Source: Lytechinus pictus
Lineage: Eukaryota
DNA length: 64,000 nt
Assembly: GCF_037042905.1 (NCBI RefSeq)
Contig: NC_087245.1
Span: 24,554,001-24,618,000, forward strand
Direction: 5' to 3'
Below, piece after piece: positions 13,924 through 25,701 of the stretch. The notes below the pieces were generated by a model. The model worked only from the letters and a program-made list of their open reading frames with translations. It did no database searches and was not told the origin of the DNA. The translations under genes and the position numbers were made by a program. Position 1 is the first letter of the stretch. The number at the start of each line of letters is the position of its first letter.

Positions 13924-15038
13924 AACTCATGTTTCTAAAGAACGAAGGGATTTTATTTTGCAAAATGTTCCAATGTGTCACGATATCAAGAAGTGATATT
14001 ACTGATCGGTTCAGTAATAGACAACATAATGGAGTATAAAAGGTCAAGGGAACACACCCTTTCTTGCAAAACGGGCTTCTCTGAATAAAATAGGTTAAGG
14101 TATGAAACGGCAAATGAAAGCACTTTAAATGCAAATTTTTCAATATGATCCAAAGTCATGCGAGACAGGGTGTTATGTTTCTAACTATAAATGACTAAAT
14201 CCAAGGTCTTACAGACCCCTCTGTCTTCACATCTATAGCAAGTGGGTATAAGCGTGCTGGCGCGTGAGTCCCACGGCCTTGCATGATTGTCGGCCTTCGC
14301 AAATGAGATCCCATTTTAGGCAAATGATACCTCTGACTTTCCAGTTCTCAATTTCGAATTTCCATTTTTCGTGGAGGTAGATATGTCCTTACTAAAATAA
14401 AACGATTTAAAATCTGGTACTTTTGTGTTGTGGTTTTTTATCACAGATTTGAAAATGCGAATTATTTAACTAGCAACCCCTCACCTCCTATAAATTCCAA
14501 ACCCTGACCCTCCCCCATCAATCATAAGTAAGTCAAAATGAAGTTGGTAATGTTCATGGACTTAAGAGTTAAGAAATTATCAGATTTATCAGTACGTATT
14601 ATTTTCAGCTTCAAAATACACTGCCATCTATCCATTGATTCGATAAAAGGAGAGGGATTCCTGAAATTTTAGGCTTGTTGGTATGAAATGATAAAGAATT
14701 TCACTTTTTGTACGAAACACCTTAAGGCCTTCCTCCTCCCATTTTTTACACGGCCATTCCAAAGAACTCCACTGAACACCGATCAAAGGCTATTCCTTTA
14801 TTTCAAATGGCAAAATGTTGGTCGGTTTTGCTAATGTGACAGCAGTATAATGCTGATGTAATCTTTTTTAAAAGCTGAAATATTCCAATGCAATGACGTT
14901 GTGGTCCTACTTTTAAAGATGAAAATTATAAGGGGGAGAAAACATGCGATACAAATATATCATCAAATCCTACCATTACACCAAAATTGATTCGTAAGTG
15001 TACCATTCAGATATGACAATTGAATCTGAGCAGACCAG

Positions 15039-15182
15039 GACCCTGTTGCATAAAAGCTACCATTATGGTATCCTTGTGATCCAAAGGTAACTTGCATGGA
15101 ATCCTTGATTCTTATTGGCTATTGATCAGCGTTACCATTGGATGCAAAGTTACCATAATATTAACTTCGATGCAACGGGGTC
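15039..15182. mobile_element. Harbinger-type MITE, CAG TSD
   Basis: cag|gaccctgttgcat ... atgcaacggggtc|cag, with inverted arms around a gattcttattggct core. Confidence 0.85.
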
Positions 15183-15309
15183 CAGATACTAGTCGAAATC
15201 ATCAACGAAATCGATGGGCGAGGTGAGTCTCGAATCGCAATTGGCTCGGTAAAGCTGTATTCTTCAAAGTAGCTGGATTAAGCACCATTCAAAGTTGATA
15301 CTGTAACTA

Positions 15310-16079
15310 TTATGATTGCACGACAGGCTCTTTTAATCTCCGATCGCAATCGATTTCATCAGGTCACAAAAAGACAGTCACAATATTAATTTTTTATTAG
15401 AAGTGCCGACCAACGCGACTAAGCTCGTTTGATTAGCCGTGTGTTCACATGCCCATGTTGCACAAATGGATTGGCGCCAATCGTAGCCCATTTGCATGTT
15501 CGTGGGAGGGGACGTGTGACCGAGCGATCGGTCTCGCGATTTGATGGGACTAGTCTTTACGACTTGTATTACGATCATAAATACCTAGTTCCCATTGTAA
15601 CGATTTGCGCCACAATTCAAACGGCGTACTCAATCGTGGAGTAATCGTAGTGATCTTATCAGATCATTAAGATCAGTCGTGGCAATCGCATTGATCGTAG
15701 AAAATTTTTGAATGGTTAAAAAAAATCGCGATCGGTAGCGGCCACTTGTGCCTTTCGCAAAGGATCACACGACATTGGGAACGGGGTATAAACCAATTTC
15801 ACCATTGGTCTGCGACTATTTGCGACCTTTTGGTCGCACGACAGGCTGCAACAGGCGTCAATCTTTTTCTTTCTCATAAGATCGCAGAAAGGCTTTAACA
15901 AAATAAACAGCTGTCGTACAACAAACGTGATCAGTAAACACCGTTACACCAGTAAGTCGCATATGATCGTGCGAGTGGTCGTGCGTTCACGTACGAATGT
16001 TGCACGAGTGATATCGAGTCAGAAAAAAATATTGAAGGCGGTCGTAATCTAATTGGGGATCAATTGTAAAAGGGCCTTA
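15310..16079. mobile_element. CpG-rich decayed DNA-transposon remnant (Harbinger-like right end ...tgtaaaagggcc|tta)
   Basis: Dense cgat/atcg/tcgta motifs unlike the flanking DNA, ending in a GGCC/TAA-type terminus. The left end was not identified. Confidence 0.45.
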
Positions 16080-16786
16080 TGTGACAAAAATAATCTCTGA
16101 AAAACAAAGCATACACGCGAATGTTTCACAACAACCATCCACACATTGCGCAACAAATCGTGACGACCTCTGTGCATGCGAATGTCGCAGCATTTTGCTT
16201 TTTCTTTTATGATTTTTTTCATGGTCAAACTATAATGACAGTCTACAGTAATGGTCCCCAATTCGGGAGCGTTGGCATCATTATCACAAGGCGCAGACTC
16301 TTCGGTTTGCTATTGTAAAGATTGGATTAAAGTATTGATATATGTAATTTATGTCAAATACTACTGCTTTAGATCCTTGATCCTGAATGAGAATGGATTA
16401 AAGACTCTAACTAAACAATATTTTTATGCATTATTGCTAAAATGATACATTCCACAGTTAAGCTCGACATTATATACACATATATATTAATGATGAGATT
16501 GTGCCACGATGTGTGAGTTTAAGAGCATGCGTTGTTGATAATGTGGATAGGTGTTGTGTAACAGTCACACCATCGAGTCCGACACAAAACCTATATAAAA
16601 TAGAAATAGTCTGCTTCGGCATATTATGGAACAAAGCGATCACAAAAGGTTTAGTAAATGCCGTGGAAATAAAATAGATTTTGAAAGGAACATAACTCTC
16701 TCAAAATATGTATATATATATATATATTATATATATGCATCCATTGCCCCAACCGAGGGCCCCCACCAAATCCAACTAGCTTCAGT

Positions 16787-16832
16787 GTCCTGATGAGCCG
16801 CCCGTGATCGAGGCGCGAAACCATTGGTAGAC
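16787..16832 (+). ncRNA. Minimal type I hammerhead ribozyme motif (Penelope-like element/retrozyme type)
   Basis: Stem I GTC(16787-89)/GAC(16830-32). Core CTGATGA (16790-96). Stem II closed by G16797:C16816 with cgcc/ggcg pairing. GAAA (16817-20). Stem III ACC/GGT with an ATT loop. Cleavage triplet GTA (16827-29). Confidence 0.75.
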
Positions 16833-17033
16833 CAGAGGTGAGGAAATTTCTATATATATATATATATATATTATATATATGTGTGAAGTTATACATGTAC
16901 TACAGCTTTGGCAACTCTTTTATTTAAATATTGTGTGAAAGAAAGGGATGAAGAGAACAATGGTAGGCGTAGCTTAAATCAAGGTTCCCCAGAGCTATCT
17001 ACCCTTTTGGAAAAATTGGTGATGCCGAAAAAA

Positions 17034-17091
17034 TGTCTCTGCCGGGAATCGAACCCGGGCCCCCAGCTTTGAACGCCGGTGCCTTAACCAC

Positions 17092-17093
<2 letters not shown>
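17034..17093 (-). other. tRNA-like (Glu-like, TTC) Pol III unit, 5'-truncated; probably element-derived, not a bona fide tRNA
   Basis: Minus strand reads tagtggttaaggcaccggcgTTCaaagctgggggcccgGGTTCGATTCCCggcagagaca, followed by TTTTTT. It has a partial A box, a perfect B box and a T-run terminator. Confidence 0.6.
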
Positions 17094-17130
<37 letters not shown>

Positions 17131-17261
17131 TACGGCATGTGCGATGCACTTTCGTGAAATAAAGTGAAATCGCTTCAAACAAGTAGTTACTCTTTGCCTA
17201 CTCTTCCATCATCTTAGAAACGAAATATATTGACGGTATAATTCGAATTTCTAAATACCAG

Positions 17262-17533
17262 AACGCCGTCTTACAAAGAGTTACGATTGATCCGATCAAC
17301 CTCAAGTATATGGAAATCCATCAATGTCATGGGTTTTTTTTTTCTTCAGGAAAGTTGTACAATATCCTTTGTAAACAAAGAGAAGCACACTGGATTATCA
17401 AGTAAAATGTGAATATAATATATACATCATATCTAGAAATTATTTTTAAACAAACATATATTTTAGATGTTTTACGTTGCTGGCTTTCCATAGATATGGT
17501 TGATTGGATCAATCGTTTTGTAAGACGGGGGAC
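17262..17533. mobile_element. MITE with ccgtcttacaaa TIRs
   Basis: ccgtcttacaaa..cgattgatccgatcaacc / ggttgattggatcaatcg..ttgtaagacgg. Confidence 0.75.
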
Positions 17534-18149
17534 GGATGGATTTTCTGATATTCCAACGCAGCAGTGCGTGGACATATAAAAGGGCAATGTTATTCATAGG
17601 CTGAATAATTATGACATGATGTAAAGAAAAAAAAAAACCTTCGAACGGAAGAATGTCGTTTTAATATTTAATGTCCGGATATAAGTAAAGGATTGCTGAA
17701 TACGTTAGCTACATGAACCATGCATGCATAAAGAAGAATCGCCGATAACTTACCTTCCACTGCTTCGGTTTTCCTGACAGACCTCTGTTCCGAGTTTGGG
17801 CAGAATCCTTTTCTTTTTAAGAAAGTAATTTCACAAAATTTACCTATAGGGAGAAGACTCTTTTCAAGATGAGATGTTCTTGTGATGATGACTTGGGAAC
17901 GAAAGAATGCTGACGGTGATGCAGAATTACGTGGGTTAGATACGGTAGCAGAAAGGATGGATGGATTTCTTATCCCCTAATTCGTTGTCTTCAATGGACA
18001 TCCGTGGATTAACTAAAGTGACGGCTCACCAATCCAAGCTTGGGGTATTTATGCCCGCCCCACTAACTCTTTTGCCTTCAAAGTGACGTAGCTGCGCAGA
18101 CAACTCGAAGATGATTCATTTACCATCCTCATCTTATGCCCTCTTTCAT

Positions 18150-18151
<2 letters not shown>

Positions 18152-18182
<31 letters not shown>
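18152..18182. repeat. (CT)n microsatellite
   Basis: Directly visible. Confidence 0.9.
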
Positions 18183-18185
<3 letters not shown>

Positions 18186-18926
18186 TTCACTCACTCGATC
18201 TCCCTTGCCACTTGTTTTTAGTACGTAATAAATTACTAGTATTTCATTAATTTGTAGAATTCTGTATTAGATGTGTTTACCTTGTATTCATTCTTACAAG
18301 GAAAAGAAAAAGATGATTGTTAATAGCAATTATCATCATCTTTCACCTTGTCTTTCTGTACGTGTGTATCTGTCTGTTCGCCTGTCTCTGTCTGTCTGCA
18401 TCTCTTGCTAAAATGACTCTCTCTCTCTCCCTTTCTGACCTTCTCTCTCCCCATCTCCGTCTATCTTTCCCTCAAGCTCAACAGTACCCCCCCCCCCTCT
18501 CCCCCTTTCTGACGTTCTCTCTCTCTCCATGTCCGCGCCTTTCTCACTCTTATATATATAATTATGTTTCTCTTTACCCCCCCCCCTCCTTCTCACATTC
18601 TGTCTGCCTGTGTATGCGATATGCGAGGATCGTCATCTTTTAGAGTGCGTGGGTGAGGGATGTGTATGTGGGTGACTTTTGGTCCCCTGATTTTATCTCT
18701 CCTAATATCAGTCGCATCCAATTTACATTCATCCCCTCTCTTTATCTTTTACTTTTCTCTACTTCCCTCTGTATTCAAATCTCGTTTACCATTACTACCA
18801 ACTTTTTTTCTTTTTACACCTCCGCCTCACTCCCCCCCCCCTGAATTCTCTTCATTTCTCTCTAGTTTGGTCTGTCTCTCAAACATGTCATCCGTCTTTT
18901 TTTTTAGCTTTCCACATTATTCAAAA

Positions 18927-19160
18927 TAAATAATAAAGGATTTGTATAGCGCACGTATCCACCTTGCTAGGTGCTCAAGGCGCTCCTATATTACCCAGGC
19001 TAAGCTGTCGTCTGCTAGTTCCGGTGCGCACAGCTTTTTCAGGAATTACTTCCTGCCGGTACCCATTTACCTCACCTGGGTTGAGTGCAGCACAATGCAG
19101 GTGAATTTCTTGCTGAAGGAAAACACGCCATGGCTTGGAATCGAACTCATGTCCTTCATA
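18927..19160 (-). mobile_element. tRNA-derived SINE with the same head/core as 46354 but a different 3' tail
   Basis: Reverse complement contains GAGTTCGATTCCaagccatggcgt...cattgtgctgcactcaacccaggtgaggtaaatgggtaccggcagg, then the tail agcgccttgagcacc...gcgctatacaaatcc-tttattatt. Confidence 0.85.
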
Positions 19161-21254
19161 TTACATTTCCAGATGAGATAGTTAATATATTTTGTCCTTA
19201 GATATAAGATAATCGAACTGATTTCTGCCCTACTTTGGCAAAAGGAAGCAAGTTACAAAAGTATGATTTGTTGTAAATGAGTAATGTGTGTTCATCATTT
19301 ACGTAGGCGTCAATGCAATTGAGCAGCACATTTTCTTCATTATCTTTCCATAAAACAATCATTTCTTCCCCACGTGCAACATACAAAGGGTGTTTCAGAA
19401 ACAACAATAACTCAAATTTGACTGATGAGTCACTTGCTTCCTTTTGCCAAAGTTGGACAGGTTTATTCGCGATGTATTTGAGACATCTCGATGATGTATA
19501 CATGAATGATCATGATATCAAGACATATTTCTTATCAACGTTTCAAATCTATTTTTTATTACATGTAGGGCTTAAGATATATGATTCAAAATCATTTATA
19601 ATCTTTGCCATGAAATCTTCCGGGACACCCCCATGTCATGTGATTGAGTTATTACAGTACCCTTTAATTACACCGAAAAGAAATAAACCAACTTGGCGTT
19701 CCATACCTCTCAAGTTGCAAGTTGCCCGGTGGTCATGATCCAATTAAAACAAAAAGACGGAGTAATTTAGGACAGAATAAATTTGCTCGTATGACATAAA
19801 GGCATTTTCCATATTAATTTGTACACTTTCCCCTTCTTTGCTTCCATATTGACAATGACAAATCCTCGTGTTTTCTCTTCTTTCTCTCACAATTAAATAT
19901 ATAGATATGTATCTCTTCAAGTCCCGGGGGTGTCAAAGTATTGGTTTCAAAGTAGTATAACTTCATACATCTCCGTCTTTCATTGTTTCCACTTTCTGTT
20001 TCTGTTGATAGTGAGACAAGATATCAAAGTGTTCCATATTGCAAATACCTCACTTTTATACACCGCTCAAACATGCCAACAGAATTAATGGAATTATGGA
20101 ATATAACTAGAAGTTGTACAAACATCATTCAAAATGTATTTGGAGAGATCTCCCACATCAGTTCTAAACATTTGAAAGGTTTTATTCAAAAGATTCTTAT
20201 CTTACCTTTGTAAATGTCGTCACCCTTTGCGAACTCTCTTATCCCCGTGTGGAATAATTATGGAAGAAGGAAATCTGATTTATGTGACAAAATAGTGAGA
20301 CGAATAACTTTTTTTTTCATTCGATATGAGTAATAATAAACAATACACATGGATTTTGAAGGCACTGGAAATGCACTATAGTTGTCTGTGAAAGATCGCC
20401 TCAAGAAAATTTCAAAGATATCTTGAGCTCGTGTTAAAAATCTACGCTTGAAATAATAATTCCATCTCTTTTTTATTATTATTCATTAAAATAAAAATGA
20501 TGCATCACATTTTCATGATTCAGCATCAATCAACGTCATACGCCATTCAATTAGTGTCAATCTGACAAGAATCCTTCGAGTATAAAATTATGTTCAAGAA
20601 AATGTAACAATATTCATCTTTATTGCGAACGTGTCAACGAGGAAATTGAAAAGAAAAACGTTCGTTTTCCCCCTTATTTATTCATATTCACTTTTTATTC
20701 ACTGTAGCTTCCCCTGTTAAATAAATTACCACCCTCGAGCGCCCCATTAAAAGAACGCATATATCGTATTATTGCATAATCATGGAAAGCTCCTTTTTCT
20801 TTTGTTTTTCGTGAGAAGAAATACACTCACACAGGTATTAATATGCTAATCACCATTTATGTATTCAATACATAGAGTAAAGCTCTACTGGAGGGCATTA
20901 CGCTTTCCACTCGGCTATTACCTAGCAAGAAATAAAGTCCTGCTTGTTCTTTTGATTCAATATAGTCCACTTACTTTAATTTTTGCGATATGATTGGTTA
21001 TCGTAGAATGGTTGGCATGTCTTTCTTTATAGATAAAGGTGTGGATTATCAATAACCATTTTCGTTTCTGTTTGTACTATCATGGCTATGACAACTCCTA
21101 TAGGAACTCGGCGGGACAGGTTATTTGCTGGTATAACGCCAAGCTGGTGTATAACTAAATGTAATTACATAGGTAACACTGTACGTCTGAGTTAATCAGG
21201 CATAGGGTCTTACTCGGGTCTTTTTTTTTTTTAATCTAAGTGGAGACAATTTCA

Positions 21255-21317
21255 GAGCGGGGATCGAAGCTCACAACCGTACGATTAAGAGCCCAATGCT
21301 CTAACCACTAGACCACA
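21255..21317 (-). mobile_element. tRNA(Lys, CTT)-like SINE head or tRNA pseudogene
   Basis: Reverse complement gtggtctagtggttagagcattgggctCTTaatcgtacggttgtgagcttcgatcccc has an A box, a degenerate B box and imperfect stems. Confidence 0.55.
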
Positions 21318-22119
21318 CTTTTGATATCAGATCATGAAGTATTTTATCAATATTGTTCATCGAAAATGTTCAATCAAAACTATAGCAAGATTCATATTTC
21401 ATTTGAAATTAATTCCTGTAAACTGCAATCTCATTATTCCATAATAACAGTTTAAGCCTTCAAAAGAGGACAGAGGCTTTGAAGCAGGGATTGGGTTACC
21501 GACCCTAAAGATTATATGGAGAAAAAAAGAAAAGAGAAATATTAATAAGAATTAAGTACGAAACAGAGACGATTCGGTGGTGAATACAATAACCCAATTT
21601 TGTCATTTCAAAATTAACTGAAATCAGCGTTAGGTTATCTAGTCTTCCCCTCTTAAAACACAAGGGCATCTTCCCGTTAGATGGGGGGGAAACGCACTTG
21701 AATGCTAATAATACAACAAGCTATGTGATATTCAATTCATTGGATCATTAAAAGATTAGGTCAATCATCAGCAGAACCGAACTAAAAAGAGGAAGCGATT
21801 TACAAAATAAAGATAATTACAATGGTCTTCCTTGATTAGAGAAGCAGTCAGTGACGCCGACGCCTGTCAGACAAAAGTTTTGGAGGGGCGATAATTGTTT
21901 ACACACGATCGTTCGATCCTCTAAAGTTTGTCTGCTCGAGTTTTCCGGAAACAATAAGTTATGAATTGGAATATAATCATTATATTTCTCGTATTCACAA
22001 GATAACTTGAATTCGTGCTATATATTGTGTTCTTCCTTTGTGACGCCAATTAAGACACGTATATTACGGGGGACACGTGTTCTAATAAACATTCCGTTTT
22101 CTAGTCATTGTACACGAAA

Positions 22120-22910
22120 TACATTTCCTCGCGCTTCGAGTTATTATTGTTTTATGTAGTGACATTTTCTTCTTTTTCATGACTACTAAAACTGATTTCC
22201 CCATTTTAAGGTCTTAATATAAAACATTTCCATTCCGTGCTTACGCTCGCATTAGTAGATTGGTGAGATATGTTTGCTCTTCATGAATTCCTAAGAACAG
22301 TCCTTAAAATGTCCCTCTTTCTTGTCTGAATATAAAAAAATTTCAGCTCGCGCTTCGCTCCCCCATCATTTGGTGAGTGAAATACGTATGGTCCTAGTGA
22401 ATTCCTCCAAACGCCTTAGAATGTTCCTCTTTAGGTCTAAATTTCCCAAAAAAAATCAGCTCGCGCTTCGTGCTCGCACTTTTGATTAGTGGGATACGTA
22501 TTATATTAATGATTACAAAGACTACAGAAAATGCTTTATGTGTTTAGGTGTAATTCTAACAAAAGCAGCATGAGATGACTATGGTGAGATATATGTACTA
22601 CGCTCTTCATAAATTCCTAGAAACTAGTCCTTAAAATGTCCGTTCGGGGTCAATACATACAAACATTACTGCTCGCGTTCGTATTTTTTCTTTAGTGAGA
22701 CAGGTACGTACCATGATTACAAAACTTTGCTCGGTTTTTTAGGTCTTAATATCAACAAGTTTCAGCTCGCATTCTTTGATCAGCGAGATACATATCCCTT
22801 TAATCCGTACTTAAAATGTCTCTAAGTGACACAAATTTTTAGCTGGTACCCCCCCCCCTCCCCCCCCCCTCCCCCCCCCCCCCCATGCCGTGACCTACGG
22901 TATGCCACTG
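22120..22910 (+). mobile_element. Fragment of the GCTCGCGCTTCG tandem-unit element
   Basis: Repeated tcagctcgcgcttcg / ccttaaaatgtcc units ending in a C-run plus ggtatgccactg. Confidence 0.65.
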
Positions 22911-23684
22911 CTTCCTGGGAATAAAAGTGTGATAGCCTGTCAACACTGGTAGAATGCGTCACATTTGACTATCTATAGATAAATCGTGAGTTTAACTGCA
23001 AAACCTACTACCCCTTTCTGAACACTTGGAGAACTGCCTTTAATAGTCATCGAGTGAATTATCGAAAATGTTGCTTTAATGGCGGTAGTTTAAACGAATA
23101 CAGTACCCTAAAAAAAAACTTCATGTGCTTCACTGCCCAATAATCGGCAAAATCCCCTCGCTCATTTCACGCTTGGATTTAAGCTGCCACACCGTATCTA
23201 ATCAAAGCGTGAACACGTGAATAGCCAACAAACTTCGTCAAGCACACCTTGAATACAGACCAATCAATGATGACAGCACATCATTTCACTCTTACCCCAA
23301 GCATCGAACACTATAATCATTCTTATCTACTTTCATCATGTTCACCATCATAAATGGAATGTTATTTTGGACGAAACATCCCCAGGTAAATCGGAGAATG
23401 ATATTTATCATAAAGACTTGCATTATGAGATCCCTCATATCCCGCCCCAAGCGTGAAACACAGATTGATCCGCGTTGCAGCTAAGGCATACTCTGTCCAT
23501 TGTTGAACTTTAAATTAGATGTTGCGGCTATAGCAGGTAATAGCTTCCATGTTGTTTCACATGTGTTACCTGTATCAAACCCATATGTATGAGGTAACTG
23601 GATAAAAATTCCATCGACAGAGGAGGACTTTTATCTGGGCTGAGTATCCATCTGATTATTCTGTCCAATAAACATTCAGAACAG

Positions 23685-23839
23685 GGAAGCGTTTCATGAA
23701 AGGATTTGTCGGACGTTTTATCCGACAAGTATCATTTTATCCGAGTTAACGTGGTAACAATACCTCTCAGCCAATCAGAATCAAGGAAAGATATCAGATC
23801 TGACTGCTTGTCGAACGAAAATGTTGATGAAACGCTCCC
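23685..23839. mobile_element. Harbinger-type MITE, CAG TSD (gtttcatga family)
   Basis: cag|ggaagcgtttcatga ... tgatgaaacgctccc|cag. Related copies lie at about 5500-5622, 42201-42360 and 60775-60880. Confidence 0.85.
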
Positions 23840-24399
23840 CAGGACACTTCTACTGGGTGCAGCCGAGACTTGGTAATATCAAAGGTTTGATATTACTTAC
23901 AAATCAGCGAACGATAAGATGTGAACATGTTTAAAAGCAGAAAATATCTATCCTCATTGCTGATATATTCCTTTATTGATGCTCGGTGTCCTTAATATTT
24001 ATAATCAGTTCTAATCAAACCAAAATAAATTTAAAAGAATTCATGCCAAGTATCCAGATATTATGGTATGTATGATATAATAGAGATATCAGAGATATAC
24101 ATCTTAAGTAGATGTGAACATAATGCAGCAATTATGACAACGAATATACACAAACGTTAATTTGATTGTCACCTACTAACTGCCTCAACCAAAGCAGGGA
24201 AGTCATATGCTCACACTTTGTGGTTGTCACTGACGAATTCCTTTTCGACCAATTAGATGTCAGGATTTTGAAGTAGGTTTTTTATGTCAGTGAAAACACC
24301 GACAACTCGTTTCACATAACGCTTTCCATGTGTTCCTGAAGCAATTAATGGTACTGTACATGAAGAAAAGGTAGATATGTGAGTACTTAATGGGAAAGG

Positions 24400-24465
24400 C
24401 TGAAGAAGAAGTAGTAGTAGTAGTAGTAGTAGAAGAAGAAGAAGATGATGATGATGATGATTATG
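24400..24465. repeat. Compound trinucleotide microsatellite (GAA)(GTA)(GAA)(GAT)
   Basis: Directly visible. Confidence 0.9.
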
Positions 24466-25515
24466 CTATCGAATTATCCACAGTCCTCTATATATTTTAC
24501 ACCATGTAACTTGTGTAAGAAGAAAGTATTCAGAGCGATATGACGAAACAGATCAGATAAAAAAATGAATACGGTACGCTTGATACCAATCTGGAAAAGG
24601 TCAGATATAAGGTCTGTGAGACCGTACTCCCAGTAAGAGCGAGGATGTTAAAAAATCACTCGATTTTAAGAACGCTTTCAACAATAATCAAACCACGTTT
24701 AACCTCGATATGCATTCATGTTTTTATGGAACCGAAATTTTTTTAACGATTTGTATATTACCCCACAATTTTATCCCAGAATATTGAAAATTATGTTCCT
24801 TCTATTGACGAAAAAATGGCTTCACATTTTTCATACTCCAATTGTCCTAAAAGCCGACAGCTTTTCGAAAAGCCCTTATAAATTTGAGCACCATAATCAT
24901 TATTCCTTTAAACTGATTTTTACAAACATGCACAGTTGGCCTTGGGAGGCACTTAAATAGGCGGTTACATTCTGAATTGTCAAAACATATTGATTCTCCA
25001 GTAAATAACTAAAATATATTCTTTTCATGAAGAGTTTAATCGCAACACTGATAAAATTACATTTCATAAATGTTAAAACACGTCAACAAATCCATGTACT
25101 CAAAGATAGGGGGAGGGATATTTGTTTTTGCAAGCTTCTATTTGTGTTTCATATTTGAAAATTATTTAATGACAATAAGAAGAAAAAGAATTAGAAGAGA
25201 AAAATGAACAGATTTCTTTTTAAATACTCGAACACAACGATATTTATTTTTTTCATAAACGGATGCTCATTATTTGATAGGTCACTCACATCTAATGTCA
25301 TGATGTGTCATAATGTCAATCAACATGCATAAGTATAACTACGTAACAGGCACAATTCATGTCCCTTCATGACTGTGTACGCTATCAACCATTCGTTGAT
25401 ATCCAATTCGTCACCCTGCATCGAACCTCATTATCATACCATACATGTATCCATGGAGCTAGTAGATCCATGATGTATCTATCGAAACAAGGCTAGCTCC
25501 ATGGCTAAACACATT

Positions 25516-25701
25516 GGCCCGTATTCTGTGTAGGAAGTATAAATATATGACTGTCTTTACCATCGATGAATCAGGAAAGAGCACAGTAAACATAAGAAAC
25601 ATACAACTTAATAAAAAAAATTTTGATACTATTGGCTTCCCATACTTAAACCACAACTTTAAACCTGAGTTTAACTTAGACCCGACTTCAGAATACGGGC
25701 C
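25516..25701. mobile_element. Harbinger-type MITE (internally deleted), ATT TSD
   Basis: att|ggcccgtattctg ... cagaatacgggcc|att. Confidence 0.8.

Larger units (their letters stand above)
16709..17128. mobile_element. (TA)n-embedded element fragments carrying the hammerhead and tRNA-like unit (probable Penelope-like remnant)
   Basis: Three (TA)n tracts (about 16709-16736, 16851-16880 and 17092-17128) bracket two more GC-rich inserts. Confidence 0.55.
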
